Source: the human T2T-CHM13v2.0 reference genome, Homo sapiens
Assembly: GCF_009914755.1 (NCBI RefSeq)
Contig: NC_060929.1
Direction: 5' to 3' (one strand)
Length of the DNA: 64,000 nucleotides
This document shows positions 39,271 through 54,849 of the stretch, one piece after another. Both the position numbers and the translations under genes were made by a program. The notes under the pieces are model-generated. The model saw only the letters and a list, made by a program, of their open reading frames with translations. It was not told the origin of the DNA and made no database searches. The stretch's first letter is position 1, and every line of letters starts with the position of its first letter.

Positions 39271-41309
39271 TTGCATAAAATATCATTCAGAAAAAGGTGA
39301 ATAGATGATACAAATGAAATTATAAAGGAAAGTTAGCCATTTCAAATAATTGATTTTTTAACTAGCTTTCATCATTTGGTAGGATGGAAATTTAGGGCAT
39401 GGTCACATATGACAAGACAAGAAGGAAAAATAATACCTTTTTCCAGGTACAATTAAGTACAGGCCACAGAGAAATACACAATTCACAATTAAAATTCAGA
39501 ACTTAGGAAACTACAGCTGTATGTGTCTTAATAAAACAGCCTTCTCTCTCTCCATTTGGAGATACTGCAAATTAAATAAAATTAATGAGCAGAAGACAAT
39601 ATGAATACCCATTCTAAATTTCATTTTCAAATAATTTGCCTTTGTCCAAATTCCTAGAAAAATTTAGATTACTCCAACTGTATTTTAATTAGCTGCTTTG
39701 AAAGCAAGTCAGTACAACTGAAGTATCTAAAAGGTAAAATCAACTTGACTGTTTTCTCAGTCCCAACAGTATTCTGACCCCATTCTTGGTGAGGAGTCAA
39801 TCACATAGCATCATGAGATCAATCAGACTGTCACAATTTGGAGAAACAAAATATCATGTACAACTAAAGTAAATGAGTTCATTTTTGAAAGGATAATATA
39901 GTTCTATTGCCCATGTAAATTCATACTGCACCTGGAAAATAAGAAGTTTACTTATAGCACTCATAAAATAGTATAGCTGCATTTGCAGTAGAAGAAAATC
40001 TGTTTCTTACCAAGGAAAAATCACAACATAACCTTTAAAAGGATGGAAAATAGTGGCAACTTTCTCACACTTGGAAAGAAGCAACCAATGCATGCTGATA
40101 ACAGGGCTTGCACTCAATTTGTTATAACAGGATAGCCATGGCAACCAGTCCTGATGATAAAATTCAGAGAGGAGGGAGAGGAAGATAAAGGTCCTTGGCT
40201 TGCAGACCAAATTTATTTTTCTCCAACCATTAGTTCTAGAAAAGGTAAAAATACTCTGACATTTCTTTCCTCCCATCAATTTGTTAAAACCCAACTTCAA
40301 TTTTACATAGATTGTTCATTCAGTCCCATGGAGGGATCATTCAGATCTCACAGGAAAGAATTTTGGCGTCAATCAGACACTATTTCAAAATGACTCTACC
40401 TCTGTGTACCAGGAAGACATTAGAGCAAGTAAACCATTTCTCACTTGGTAGGAAGTCCCTTGTAAAAGGTTATGGATTATGATGTGATTGTTTTTCTGTG
40501 ATATTAATGTCATATGATGGAAAAAATCTATCATGTTTGTCAAACAAGTTAGAGTTTGATGAAACCCTCAACATACAATGTATGAATCTGTATTTGGTAT
40601 AGGGTTGGTAAATATTTTAAGTAAATATATTTGCCAATATATTTTTATACTGAGTAAACATATTTGCCATATTTCTCTTTACAGAGAAAATTAGAAGATA
40701 AAGAGTTTTGTTTTCTTCTGTGAGCTGTAATGAGGAGAGCACTCATTTTTGTATCGATATGCCAGATATTCATACTTCAACAAAAGTCATTGTTAGAAGA
40801 ATACATATATTTGTGACTAACTGCAAAACCACACAGTATTTTATATAAATCACATAGTTAATTATCAATAATTGCTGATTTTGATTCACTTTTTAAAAAT
40901 GTAAATCAGCACCCTTGATTATATATGATTTCAATGTGCTTTAAAAAATAAGATAAAAACAGAGCAAGGTGATAACAAATAAACAACTTTGTTTTCTACA
41001 CTCTGAAACCTTCTAGCCATCAAAGCAAATGCTCATACGTGACTTTTGAAATATTTAAATAAAATGTCTATTTTAATGACCTTCTTAATACCAGTAACTA
41101 CCTTTTATATCATTTCACGTATATCTGAAGGGCCTCAAACCTGGTGTATATCACAGTTACACATTAGCATATTAACAAGATCTAAATATATAATTTTAGT
41201 GTAATAACAATTAAAACATTTGAAGTTTTAATACCACTACTAATTAAGAACATGTTGTGATCTACTTAGTTTGAATTCCAAGATTTGGACTCTTTCTCTC
41301 TCTGTTTTT

Positions 41310-41712
41310 TAAGAATTTACTGATGCAATATATTTTCATTAACTCTAGTCATCATGTAGTACAATAGATCTCTTGAACTTATTTTTCCTATCTAACTAAA
41401 ATTTTGTATCCTTTGAGTGATATCTCTTCAATCTTTCCTTCCCAACTGCCACAGCCTTTGGCAACGACCATCCTACTTTCGATTTCTATGAGAACAACTT
41501 TTTTTATTCCACACAAGAGTGAGATCATGCAGTGTTTGTCTTTCTGTACCTGGCTTCTTTCATTCAACGTAATGCCTTCCAGGTTCATGTTGTCACAAGT
41601 GACAGTATTTTCTTCTTTTTACGGCTAAATAGTATTCCATTATACATATATTTTTTTATTCATTCATCCATTGATGGACATTTAGGTTTTTTTCATATCA
41701 TGGTTATTGTGA
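41310..41712 (-). mobile_element. L1MA/MB 3' fragment
   Basis: ORF 41388-41588 (MNLEGITLNERSQVQKDK) is the L1 ORF2 end; acaatagatctcttgaacttatt. Confidence 0.88.
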
Positions 41713-42355
41713 AAACCTTGCTTATTCTCTGTACTCATCAGATCTTAAAAAATGATTAAATATCACTGATGTATTTAAAATGTATTAAAATATTTACTTG
41801 AATATTAATAATTATTGCATAGAATCAAATGCAGTCAAATTTTACACTAGAAACCCATTTCTTGATTCCCTCTTTTTTTCCAATTTAAAACAATTTTCTA
41901 GATTTTGAAAGTTATTTTATTTTCTTCAGAGTACCTTATATTATATTTCAAGTGGTCTTCAGTAAGAAAAATATGCATGGTTTTGGGGTCTATTATACTT
42001 TCATCTTTTTATTCAAGAGCTCTGTAATTTTCAAATTCCTATACTTATTTTTTGTGGTTGAAATTTTCCTTGGCAACTATATTACTCCTAGGGTTCAAAG
42101 CTTGGCGATCACTATTTTAGTTTTACAAAAGCAATCTAGTATATTCGTAAAAGAAGTTGAGAAAGGGAAAACAGCCAACATTTTGGAGAGTGGGAGAGCG
42201 AGTCAATTAGAAAAAATTTGAATTGAGACTGAACAGTACAGCTTCACCAATCACCTTGTGAGGTTTACGTGAAGACAGATAATTGCATTAAGTAGGAGTC
42301 ACGTTATTCCAGGCATTATAGGAGGATCGCTCTGAAGTGAGCGATCTTGTGTTTG

Positions 42356-42545
42356 TAGAGCAATGGCTCAAAATTTAATATGTGGAGCAGCAGTATTAGC
42401 ATTATCTAGGGATTTTCAGAGAAAAAAACTCTAAGCTCCCATCTTAGATCAACTGAATCAGTGCCCTAATGGCAAAGCCCAAAAATCTCTGTCTTCAAAA
42501 GTCCTCTGAGTAATTTTGATGCATGCTAAAGTGTGTCTGCGTGAA
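42356..42545. mobile_element. MER5A-like fragment
   Basis: agagcaatggctcaaaa..cagcagtattagcattatctaggg..actgaatcag..gtaattttgatgcatgctaaagt. Confidence 0.7.
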
Positions 42546-42787
42546 TAAATTTGTAAAGTTAGGAGTTAATGCCAAAAGAATGGGCTTTTCCAGTTGAGAT
42601 TTTGTAGGTGGTGTATCATGCCCAAGGAAATAGATGGTTGATACGGGATGATGAAAAAAACACCAGGAAGTGGAGGTCAAGGGATAGAGAGACAAGCTGT
42701 TGGTTAAATTATATATGTGCCTGTTCAATTCACCAAAATTAATCGTAAAGCACTAACGGATAGAAATTCAGTGAGTTGGGAGCAAAT

Positions 42788-43073
42788 TTGGAGGCAAGGC
42801 CTTGCGTTATCACCCAGGCTTCAGTGCAGTGGCGTGATGGTAGTTCACAGAAACCTTAGACTCCTGGGATCAAGTGATCTTCTGCCTCAGCCTCCCAAGT
42901 ACCTGGGACTACAGATACATGCCACCATGCCTTGCTTATTGTTATTATTATTATTGTAAAGACAGCATCTCACTATGTTGCCCAGGCTGGCCTTGAACTC
43001 CTGTCCTCAAGCATCCTCCCACCTCAGCCTCCCAAAGTGACAGATTTATAGGGGTGAGTTGCTGCACCTGGCC
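42788..43073 (-). mobile_element. AluJ
   Basis: AluJ diagnostics (tctcactatgttgcccaggctgg); TSD gggagcaaat. Confidence 0.93.
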
Positions 43074-45098
43074 AGGGAGCAAATGTTTTTAACACATCTG
43101 TAGTAATTGGGACATGAGCCAGCAACTACTAATTGAAACCGTGGTACTTCAAAGGAGCTGATGTTCTTTAAAAATATGAGGAGTAACATTTCTAAGTATT
43201 AAAAATGAGAAATAAACACACCTATTCCACTTCTAGGCATCATGATACATTGCATAAGGCAAAAACAAAAACAAAAAACAAATGTACAGACAGGTCAGTA
43301 GGACATAGTGACTCAGCATTGTAGACATTCCATGTCTTCGTGGAACACAGAGATTTTTTTTTCTTTCCTGTAGGGGAAGTTTTTGTTTTAGCAAATAAAA
43401 TATTTGCCATCTTCAGGAAAGAATTAGCTTATGCCATGTTCAGGGATGCACAAAATAGGAATTTCTTTTTTCACAAAAATTGAAGTTAGAAATAAAAAGG
43501 ATGAATTGAAATAGTTACAGATTGGCATATATCTCAATATAACCAGTATGTAAATATTTCAATTCATCTTGTTATTTTACATAGGTCTGCTCAATTTTCA
43601 CATAATCACGGATTCCTTTTATAACCAGCTCCACAAAAAAAATTCCTCCATCATTATCAATCTCTTATTTTTTCTCAATCTCTTATCAAGCACAGTTATT
43701 TTTTATTGATACTTCTTGCCAGTAATCTCCATTACAATAGGCTGTCATTTATTTATTTGTATTACCTACTTACCAGTAAAATACTTTATGAGGTTATGCA
43801 CTTCACCTTGTCTGCCACTACATTATTAATTCTAATAGTTGCTGACACATATTCGGCAGTCAGTTATTTTTGCTGGATAAATGAATGAACACATTAATGA
43901 CTCCGATGCTGTAATGATCAAAGCCCTCCATTAGATAGACTGACATATTTATTTTTACATCAGCTGTCATTGTTACTGACAATGATGTCTAATTTCTTAG
44001 GCAGTACACTATTTTTAAAAATTCTCAAGGAGTAAACCTATGTCATTTTCAAAATCTTCAAAGAGATCAGTGAGGGAGAAATGTTAGGAATCACTATTAA
44101 CAGAAAATAGATGTAAAATAGACGAAGTCCTGATGTAAAATAGATGAATCTTCTCTCTCTTTGTCTCTCTCTCTCCATATTATATATCCCATATGTTTAT
44201 AAATATGTATAAACATATATATGTATATAAATATGCATAAAGATAAAAATAAAAACAATATATCTCATCTAAGGCTGCCACCTTTAACAATATTCAATGG
44301 TTTTATATATTTTAAATATTTACGTATTTAATATCATACCATTTATTAACAAAACCTGCATTTTTATTCAATAATATGACATGGACAGAAATTCGTGACA
44401 ATAAATATGGACCTGCTTCATCTTTTCAATGGCTACATAATATTCTATTGCAGGTTTCTATCATAATACAGCTAATTAGTATTGAACGTCACACCCCTAA
44501 CCATACAATAAACAATGTAAAATGTATATAGTTGAATACTTTTCTATTTATGATAATTTTTGTCATGACCAAAAAGTCTCCTAAATAATGTGCAGAATTT
44601 CATTTTCTGATTTTTTACATCACAAATACTCTTGTATTAATTATATTGTTTTGTTCTAGAAAATATTTTAACGCCAACTAAACAGAGCTGAAATTATAGA
44701 CTTGCATACAGTTTAATAGAAATTCACTAATAGCTATCCATTTGAAAATAACCCTGAAATATAAGAATATAGAGCACAGAATCACCAACTATGGAATCCT
44801 CACTGCCACGGGCAGAAGAAGGTGAGATCTTGATCATTGATGGAAGCTATTGCATTCAAATCAGATTGAAATTAAAATATACTGTACATCTGTATTAATG
44901 CTAATGTTGCGATAAATGTCTTGGAAAAATTTATTTGCCTCATTGGAAAATCAGGGTTGATAACAACTTAAGTATTATTGTCTAGATAATACAAGAAAAC
45001 AATTGTTAGCTACAGTACCATAGAAAGTAAAAATATTCAACGGATTTTTACTCTCTATCGTACTGAATCTCCATTTGTCTAATAAAAAGCAAAACACC

Positions 45099-45500
<402 letters not shown>

Positions 45501-45768
45501 TTATCTGTTTTAACAGAATTAAAGCTGAGTCAGTCTATACGTCCTAGGAGAGTGGTTGCTACACTTTTCCCTTTGGGAATTGATTTTTAGGTTTGATCAT
45601 TGTTAATTTTTCCAGAATGTCAGAACTTACTCAAGATCTATTACTTTCTCTATTATTTAATAATTCAAACTGCCCTTTGTTGGAATATCAGCCACAGTAC
45701 CAAGATCATTCTAAGATAAAAACCAGTGCAACTTCTGTCATTATATTTAGCAGGAAATGGATGTCTGA

Positions 45769-46063
<295 letters not shown>

Positions 46064-47110
46064 ACAACTTACTTTCTTGAGAGAAATAAAGATTTTTCTA
46101 GAAATTTCTAGAAAATACTTATGGTCAGCTTTTCGGTACATGCTTATTTATGGCCAAATTCATGTCAGAGAAAATGATTTTGTTATTAGAACAGTTGAGT
46201 ACTTCTTGTGAAACGAAAATTTTCTTTATGTCCTTAGTTCCTTGAAAGTACTTCAACCATATGCCAGTCAATAATTGGCTTATTGTTTTATTTCCATGAA
46301 TTGTCAGAATTTAATATCATAAAATAAAGATGTCAGATGCTATTTTAAAAATATAGTTTAGGTAAAGCAATATTCTGACTAATTTCAAAACATGGGTCTG
46401 AAAAAAACAAACACAATTAAATGGCAGAGTCGCAGGAAATGTAAATAGAGTTTTAATTTCTCCATTCCCTATTTAAATTTTTCCTATAGCCAAGAAACAT
46501 GCTCTTATTAAACTCTGTTTTGTATCACTGTAGGAAATTAAGTAATATATATCATTATAAGAATAATTGTGGAGTGCAACAGATATTTTAATGTTGCTAA
46601 ATATATATGGATAATGAAATTTGTAATAGCCAAAGTTAGTTTTACATACAACTATCAGAGTAATAAATATATTTGATCTACTCCTGGGGAATGCAAGGAT
46701 TCTATACACACACACACACGCGCACGCGCAAGGACAATTGAATTTTCTGTTTTATTTCTTTTGTAAACCTGCAATAAGTGATCTATTTGGATATAACATC
46801 TTTATTTTGCAGAAAAGATGCTGAAGTGTATGAATGGCAATCATAATTTACACGATTTCTGACCACATGTGTACATATGAAACGTAAAATTGATAACTTT
46901 AAATCAGAATCCCACAGCATTTTTTTGTGGTATGCTGAGAGTTCTTAATTTACCTCTTTAAACTCTTCTTAAGAACATTAACTTATTATGTAGATGATAA
47001 TCTACCAAGAATAGAGCCTGGATATCTATTCATTTTGAAATTATCATGGAAACATAAATTTTAACGTAAAATGGAGCCAGGTAAATGATCTTGTGGTTGT
47101 GCTTAGATAC

Positions 47111-47373
47111 TTTTTTTTTTTTTTTTGAGATGGAGTCTCACTCTGTCTCCCAGGCTAGAGTGCACTGACGTGATCTCGGCTCACTGCAACCTCTGCCTCC
47201 AGGTTCAAGTGATTCTCCTGCCTCAGCCTCCTGAGTAGCTGGAATTACAGGAGTGCACCCCCATGCCCAGCTAATTTTTGTATATTTAGTAGAGATGGGG
47301 TTTCACCATATTGGCCAGACAGGTCTCAAACTTCTGACCTCAGGTGACCCACCCACCTCGGCCTCCCAAAGTG
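47111..47373 (-). mobile_element. Alu (AluSx-like), 5'-truncated
   Basis: Ends at cctcccaaagtgct; TSD gtgcttagatacttt at 47099 and 47371. Confidence 0.95.
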
Positions 47374-48049
47374 CTTAGATACTTTGTAATCTGAAAGAAA
47401 ACAGTAACAAATAGCAACATAATACATTTTGAAATGTCTTTAGATCAGGTTGTGAATGAATTAAATAACTGATAAAACTGGACTGCTTTACTTTAAAATA
47501 TTTTGATAGAACATTACTGCATTTTGAGCCACTAAACCTCTTCTCTTGACTGTAGTTGAGATTTAATGTTTGGTTTTTTTTGTTTCTATTATCACTTTTC
47601 CTTCATTCATGAATTCAAAAAGAGAGCAAATGGAAACCATGCTTGTATTCTATTTCATTATCCTTACAAAAATTCTGAAGAGTGTTGTGGAGGCTCTCAA
47701 AATATTTTTCTGAATTAATATTTAAATATTAAATATTGTGGAAGCACTCTTGTGTATATAAAGTTGATTTTATGCTCTCTGGCAAAACAAACAGTATATC
47801 CTCTTTATATTTATTAACAATAAAAACTAGTGGATTTTTTTTAAATGAAAAAAGTGGTTATGTAGATAGTTGATTAATGGCCAATTATTCCTAGTAAGAA
47901 TATGTAATATTGTATTGGAAACATCCTTGTGATTGGAAATTCAGTATCCTTTAAGATAAATCAGAGTGTTACTGTAACACATCACTAGGTTGCTACTGTG
48001 AGTAGTATTGGTAATCCCGAATGCTAATTACTTGATGCATTATTTTCAA

Positions 48050-51000
48050 ATTCTAAAAATTTTTCATGGACTTAGGGGTACGAGCAAAGTTTTGTTACAT
48101 GGATATATTGCACAGTGAAGGAATCTGGGCTTTTAGTGTACTCATCACCTTATTAACATTGTACTCAATAGGTAGTACTTCATCCCTCACCTCACTCCCA
48201 CACTCCCACACTTTACAGTCTCCAGTGTCTATTAAATAATAGACATAATACATACTCTGTATGTCTGTGTGTAGCCACCAAAACATGCAGTTTTTACTTT
48301 CTGTTAAAATAAAAAACTTTCTGTTTGGGTTATTGCACTCATGTTAATGTACTCTAGTTTCATCCATGTCTTGCTGCAAAAGACATGATTTCATTCTTTT
48401 TTATGGATGTGTAGTATTTAATGGTATGTTTATGTCACAATTTTTTAGCCAAACATCTATTGATGGACACTTAGGTTGATCCCATAACTTTGCTGTTGTG
48501 AATAGCGCTATGATAAACATACAAGTGGAGGTGACTTTTTGATAAAATGATTTCTCTTCCTTTGGGTAGATACCCAGTAGTGGGATTGCTGTTTCGAAGG
48601 GTAGTTCTATTTTTAGTTCTTTGAGAACTCTCTGTACTGTTTTCCATAGGGCTTGTACTAACTTACATTCTCATAAGCAGAGTATGAGTGCTCCCTTTTC
48701 CCTATATCCTTAACAACATCTGTAGGTTTTTAACTTTGTAATAATAGTCCTTCTGACTGGTGTAAGATTGTACCTCATTGCAGTTTTAACTTGAATTTCT
48801 CTGGCAACTACAGATATTGAACATTTTTTCATTGGCTATTGGCTGTTTGTATGTCTTCTTTTGAAAAATATCTGTTCATGTCTTGTCCACTTTTGTTGAG
48901 GATATTAGGTTTTATTCTTGTCAAAACATTTGAGTTGCTTGTAGATTCTGGATACTAGCCGTCTGTCAGATGAATTGTTTGCAGACATTTTCTCCCATTC
49001 TGTAGGTTGTATGTTTACTCTTTTGCAGTGAAGAAACAATTTAATCAAGCCCTATTTATCTTTGTTTTTGTTGCATTTACTTTTGAGGACTTAATTATAA
49101 ATTCTTTACCTCAGCCAATGTCCAGAAGAAATTTTTGTGTTTTGTTCAAAAATGTTATAGTTTCATGTCTTCTATTTAAGTCCCTAATCCATCTTGAGTT
49201 AATTTTTGTATAAGGTGAGAGATAGGAGTCCAGTTTTATTCTTCTGCATATCGCTCTGCAATTTTCTCAGCACCATTTACTGAATGGGGTGTTCTTTTTC
49301 CAGTGTACATCTTGGTTAGCTTTGTCAAAGATCAATTCGTGGTAGGTATGTGGCTTTATTTCAGTTTCTCTATGCTGTTCCATTAATCTATGTGTCTGTT
49401 TTTATACAAGTAACATGGTGTTTTGATCATTATACGGTTGTGGTATGATTTGAAGCCAGGTAACATGATGCCTCCAGCTTTATTCTTTTTGCTTACGATT
49501 GCTTTGGGTATTCGTGCTTGCTTTTTGTTCCAAGTCAAGTTTAGGATTATTTTTACTAATTCTGTGAAGAATGATACTGGTAATGTGATTGGAATTGCAC
49601 TGAATCTGTAGGTTGCTTTGGGCAGTCTGGTCATTTTAATGATATTGATTCTTTCAGTTCATGAGCAAGATATATTTTTACATGTGTTTGTGTCATCTAT
49701 GATTTCTTTCTTCCGAATTTTGTATTTCCCTTTGCAGAGATCTTTTGCCCCCTCGGTTACCTGTATTCCTAAATAATTTATTTTCTTTGTGGTTATTTTA
49801 AGTGGCACTGTGTTCTTCATTTCGCTCTTAGCCTGGACATTGCTGATCTATAGAAATGCTACCAACTTTTGTACACTCATTTTGTATCCTGAAACTTTAA
49901 CGAAGTCATAGATCAAATCTAGGATTCCTTTGAATAAGTCTTCAAAGTTTCCTAGGTATAAGATCATATCATCAGTTGAACAGGGTTAATTTGACTTCCT
50001 CTTTTCCAATTTGGGTGCCTTTATTTCTTTCTCGTCCCTCACTGCTCTAGTTAAGACTTCCAGTAATATGTTGATTAGCAATGATAAAAGTGGGCATTCT
50101 TGTCTTGTTCCTGTTTTTAGGAAGAATGCTTTTAACTTTTCTATGCTCAGTATGATTTGGACTGTGGGTTTGTCATATATGGCATTTACTACTTTGAAGT
50201 TTGTTTCTTCTATGCTTAGTTTAAGGGTTTCTTATCATGAAGTGATGCTGAATTTTATCAAATGCTTTTCCCATGCCTATTAATATGATCATATGATTTT
50301 TTATTTTCATTCTGTTTAGGTGGTGAATCACATTTATTGATTTGCATATGGTGAACCATCCTTACATGCCTGGAAAAAATTCCACTCGATAATGGTGTAT
50401 TATCTTTCTTGATGGGATGTTGGATTCAGTTTGCTCATATTTTATTGAGTTTTGCAGCTATATTCATCAGGGAGTTTGGTCTGTAATTTTTTTTTTTGTT
50501 ATGTCCTTGCCTGGCTTTGGTATCAGGGTGGTGCTGGCTTCTTTATGAGTTAGAGAGGATTTCCTCCTCTTGGATTTTTTGGAAGAGTTTTAGTAGGATT
50601 GGTATCCTTGTATGTCTCATAAAATTTGGCTGTGAATCTATCTGGTTCTGGACTTTTTTCGTTGGCCGAGTTTTTTTCTTACTGATTCTGCTTCACCACT
50701 CATTATTGGTCTATTGGGGTTTTCTATTTTTTCCTATTTCAAACTTAGGAGATTGTATATTTCCAGGAATGCATCCATTTCCTCTAGGTTTCTAGACCTT
50801 CTGTGTAAAGATGCTCATGGTCTCCGATGATCTTTTGTATTAAATGGTATCACACCTTTTCATTTCTGGTTGTGTGTATTTGAATCATTTCCCTTGTTTT
50901 CTTAGTTAACTAGCTACTTGTCTATCAATTTTATTTTTCCAAAACAGTAAATTTTTAAATTAGTTTTTGTATTGTTTTTCTGGTCTCAATTTCATTTAGT

Positions 51001-53890
51001 TTTGCTCTGATTTTTGTTATTCATTTTCTTCTGCTAGCTTTTGGTGTTTTTTGTTCTTCTTTCTCCAGTTCCTTGAGATGCAACATTAGGTTTTTAATTT
51101 GAGATCTTCCTTTATTTTTGATGTAGATATTTAAGACTATAAACTTCCCTCTTAGCACTACCTTTGCTGTATGCTGTAGATTCAGGGAAAACAAGTCCCC
51201 ATTTTCATTTGTTTCAAAATCTTTAAAAATTCCTGCCTTAATTTAATCATTATCCAAATAATCATTCAGGGGAAGGTTATTAATTTACATGTATTTGTGT
51301 AGTTTTGTGGCTTCCTGTTGGTATTGACTTATAGTTTATTCCACTGTGGCCTGAGAAAATATTTGATATGACTTCAATTTTTAAAATGTATTGAGACTTG
51401 CCTTCTGGCCTACAATATGGTCAATTATTAAAAATGTTCCATGGACAGATGAGAAAAATGTATAGTCTGTGATTGTAGAGTGCTCTATAAATTTCTATTA
51501 GGTTTATTTTTTCTAGGGCTCAATCTAAGTGCAGAGTTTCTACATTGATTCTTGAACTCCATGATCTGTTTAGTGCTATCAGAAGGGTGTTGAAGTTTCC
51601 CACTATTATTGTATTACTACCTATGTCTTTTGTTAGGTCAAGTCGTATTTGTTTTGTGAATCTGGGTGCTCTTGTGTTGGCTGCATATATATTGAGAACT
51701 GTTGTATTTTCTTGTTGGGGTGATCCCTTTATCATTATACAATTAATCCCTTTGTCATTTTTTAACTGTTGTTGTCTTAATTCTATATTATCTGATATAA
51801 GTATAGCTACTCCTGCTCATATTAGGTTTCAACTTGGATGGCATATCTTTTTCAAACCCTTAATTTTGAGTCTGTAAATGTCTTTACCAGTTAGGTATGT
51901 TTCTTCTATGCGTTACATAATTGGAGCTTGTTCTTTTATCCACTCTGCCAGCCTCTATCTTTAAAGTGAAGCATTTAGTCCATTTATGTTCAAGATTAGT
52001 ATTGATATGTGAGGTTTTGTTCCTGTTATAATGTTAAATATAATCAAGTTGCTTTACAATATATGTAGTGAAATTGCTTCTCTTACGACCTGCAAGTTTT
52101 ACACATTCATGTATTTTTATGATGATGAGTATCATCTTTTATTTCCGTGTTTAGAAATCCTTTGAGCATTTCTTTTAGGACCTGTCTAGTGTTGACAAAT
52201 TCTATTAGTGTTTGCTTGTCTAGGAAAGACTTTATATCTCTTTCATTTCTAAAATTTAGTTTAGCAAAAATTCTTCATTGGAACTTTATTTTTCTTTAAG
52301 AAGACTGGAAATATTACCTCAATGTCTTCTGGCTTGTAAGGTTTCTGCTGAGTTGTCCTCTGTTAGTCTGATTGGATTTACTTTAGAGCTGATTTGATAT
52401 TTCTCTCTAACTGCTCTTAAGATTTTTTCCTTTACATTTGCTTGGACAGAATGATGACTATGTGTTTTGGTGATGTGCATGTTCTAAAGTACCCTGAAGG
52501 TGGTCTCTGAGCTTCTTGTGTCTGGATGCCTACAAATCTGGGAAGACCAGGAAAATTTTCCTGAAAAATTTCCTCAAATATGTTTTCTAAGCTTTTTACT
52601 TTTTGCTCTTCTCCATCAGAAATGCCTATTATTCATAGGTTTTGTCACTTTACATAATCTCATATTTCTAATAGCTTAAGTTTTGTCTGACTAGGTTAAT
52701 TCAAAAGACCACTCTTCACACTCTTAAATTCTTTCTTCTGATTGTTCTATCCTATTGTTAAAGCTTTCAACTATATTTTGATATTTCTTTAGTAAATTTT
52801 TCACTTCCTGAAGTTCTCTTTTTTTTTTTTAATATTTGTCTCTTCTTTTATATTCTGAATTTTTTGCATTATTTGTGTTGCTTTTCCACTTTATTTTGGA
52901 TCTCATTGAGTTGATTTACAATTCATACTTTGAATTATTTAACTGTCATTTCAGAACTTTCTTTTCAGTCAGGATACATTGTAGAGTGAGTGAGCCTTTG
53001 GGGGTATCACAAAAATATGTTTGCTTATACTTCCAGAATTGTTTGTCTGTTTTCTTCTCATCTGGATAAACTATCTTGTTGGTATTTTTAAATTTACTTT
53101 TATTTGGATGAGATTTCCCTCACCTTGAGAATGTGACTATAATAAATGTTGTGTAGAATCCTTGGGCTTTGGTTCTGGGTGCTTTCAGTGGTAAAGACTC
53201 TGCATGTTTCTTGGTTATAGATCCCCTTTTTATGGTGGCTCTCAAATGCTGGTCATAGGTGCTATCTACTGGGTATGTAAGCAGGCTCACTAACTCCTGT
53301 GGTACTGAGATAGCAGAGGTCTCAGGAAGCTTATCTTCTCCTTAGTTCTGGGCAATTTTGTCAGTAGATTTTCTATTGAATTGTGCACTTCATCCTCCCG
53401 TCCAGTAGGTGGATAAGAGCTGGCTGTGGCTGACACCAATGGTTATATGTTTGATCTTTATTTACTATGAGGAGCTCTCTTTTACCTCAGGCAATGGACT
53501 GCTCTGTGGAGCACACAATTATCTAAACTCCATGCTCAGCCCTAGATTGGAGGAACAAGCTGGACAGAGCCAGACTTTGCAGGCTCAGCTAAAATGTCTA
53601 ACAATGGCAAGCAGAGACACAAGCTTCGAGGAGTGGTTTAGCAGTCGGCCACCAAGGATCCAGAGATATACCTGGGTGTAAAATGAAGAAACCTCTGCTG
53701 CCCAAGTTATTTGCATGGGGAAAGAGGGGCAACCTAAATTCCTAATCTAGACGAATGGATGCTCCAAATGCCAGGAGATATGTGCAGGTGTGAAGAGGAG
53801 AGAGCTGCTATATCAAATTGTTCACATCAAAAGAGAGGGGGTGGCACAGGCTTCTAATCTAGGTAAGCATGTACACCAAATGCCTCAATA
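48050..53890 (-). mobile_element. Near full-length L1 (L1PB/L1MA-type), degraded
   Basis: 3' end ttttgttacatggatatattgcacagtg; ORF2 remnants ([24 protein letters not shown]; endonuclease MIKGSPQQENTTVLNIYAAN..GNFNT); ORF1 at ~52150-53070; GC-richer 5'UTR to ~53890. Confidence 0.95.
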
Positions 53891-54534
53891 TATGTTCCTT
53901 TGTGATCTTCTTAAATGACCTAAGTCAATGTTTCACAATAACCATGGGATCACTATGGATGAAAATATTGCTGCAAATGTTATTATACCAAAGTTAAGTT
54001 TTAATTACTTCTAATTCAAAAGATTTTACATATATTATGACGGTGAAAATTAGGGTTCTACTCCTAGCTCCATTGAATAACTATGATGTATATAAAAATA
54101 ATGGGTGCCAATGCAGGAAAACAGTGAATGATCCTTGATATTAATTTAGAATCCATTTCTTGAGCTACATGGAACCATTGTGATTCTACGTGTAAAATGA
54201 TGGCCTATCTTTTCATGCATTCTGATATGTAGTGCTTGGAAAGCAGAGGTATGATCATCTCAAAGAATTTTTTTTTTTCAATTACTTGATATCATGCCAG
54301 GGTGTTTCATCAGATGTAGGGTTAGGACTTATCTCTAATTTCCAGCATTTACTGCTATAATCCTAACCAATGGATATCTCAAAAGCAGCAGGATGTCTGT
54401 ATAACCTACAATTGCTAGAAAGTTAAAGTATACTAAAGAAATCCTGGAGTATTTCAGTCATTTTGGGATGGCACAGGTTTGTGCGTTTCTAGGTTCTTTG
54501 CAAACTTGTGGGGAAAATTAAATGAAAGAATAAG

Positions 54535-54840
54535 TGGAGCAAAGAAACAAAGAAATATGGCTGAATAGAAGCCTTCACCGATCATCCTCTCCACAGGAAC
54601 ACTAAAATGACAAACTATCCACACTATCTTTCTTTTTAAAAATATCTATCTATCTTTTCTGTTATATTCTGGTTTCTTTTGCATTCTTTGTGTTGCTTTT
54701 CCACTTTATTTTGGATCTCATTAAGTTGCTTTACAATCCATATTTTGAATTATTTAACTTTCATTTCAGAACTTTCATAAGGTACATTTCCTGAAAATGC
54801 CACAGGAACTGAAAGGGGTAAGAAAGACAGTCTTGAATTT
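54535..54840 (+). mobile_element. L1 5'UTR start fragment (L1PB/MA-type), interrupted by a copied ORF1 segment
   Basis: aatatggctgaatagaagccttcaccgatcatcctctccacaggaacac..aactatccacac ... gtaagaaagacagtcttgaatt. Confidence 0.65.
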
Positions 54841-54849
54841 ATGACAGTA

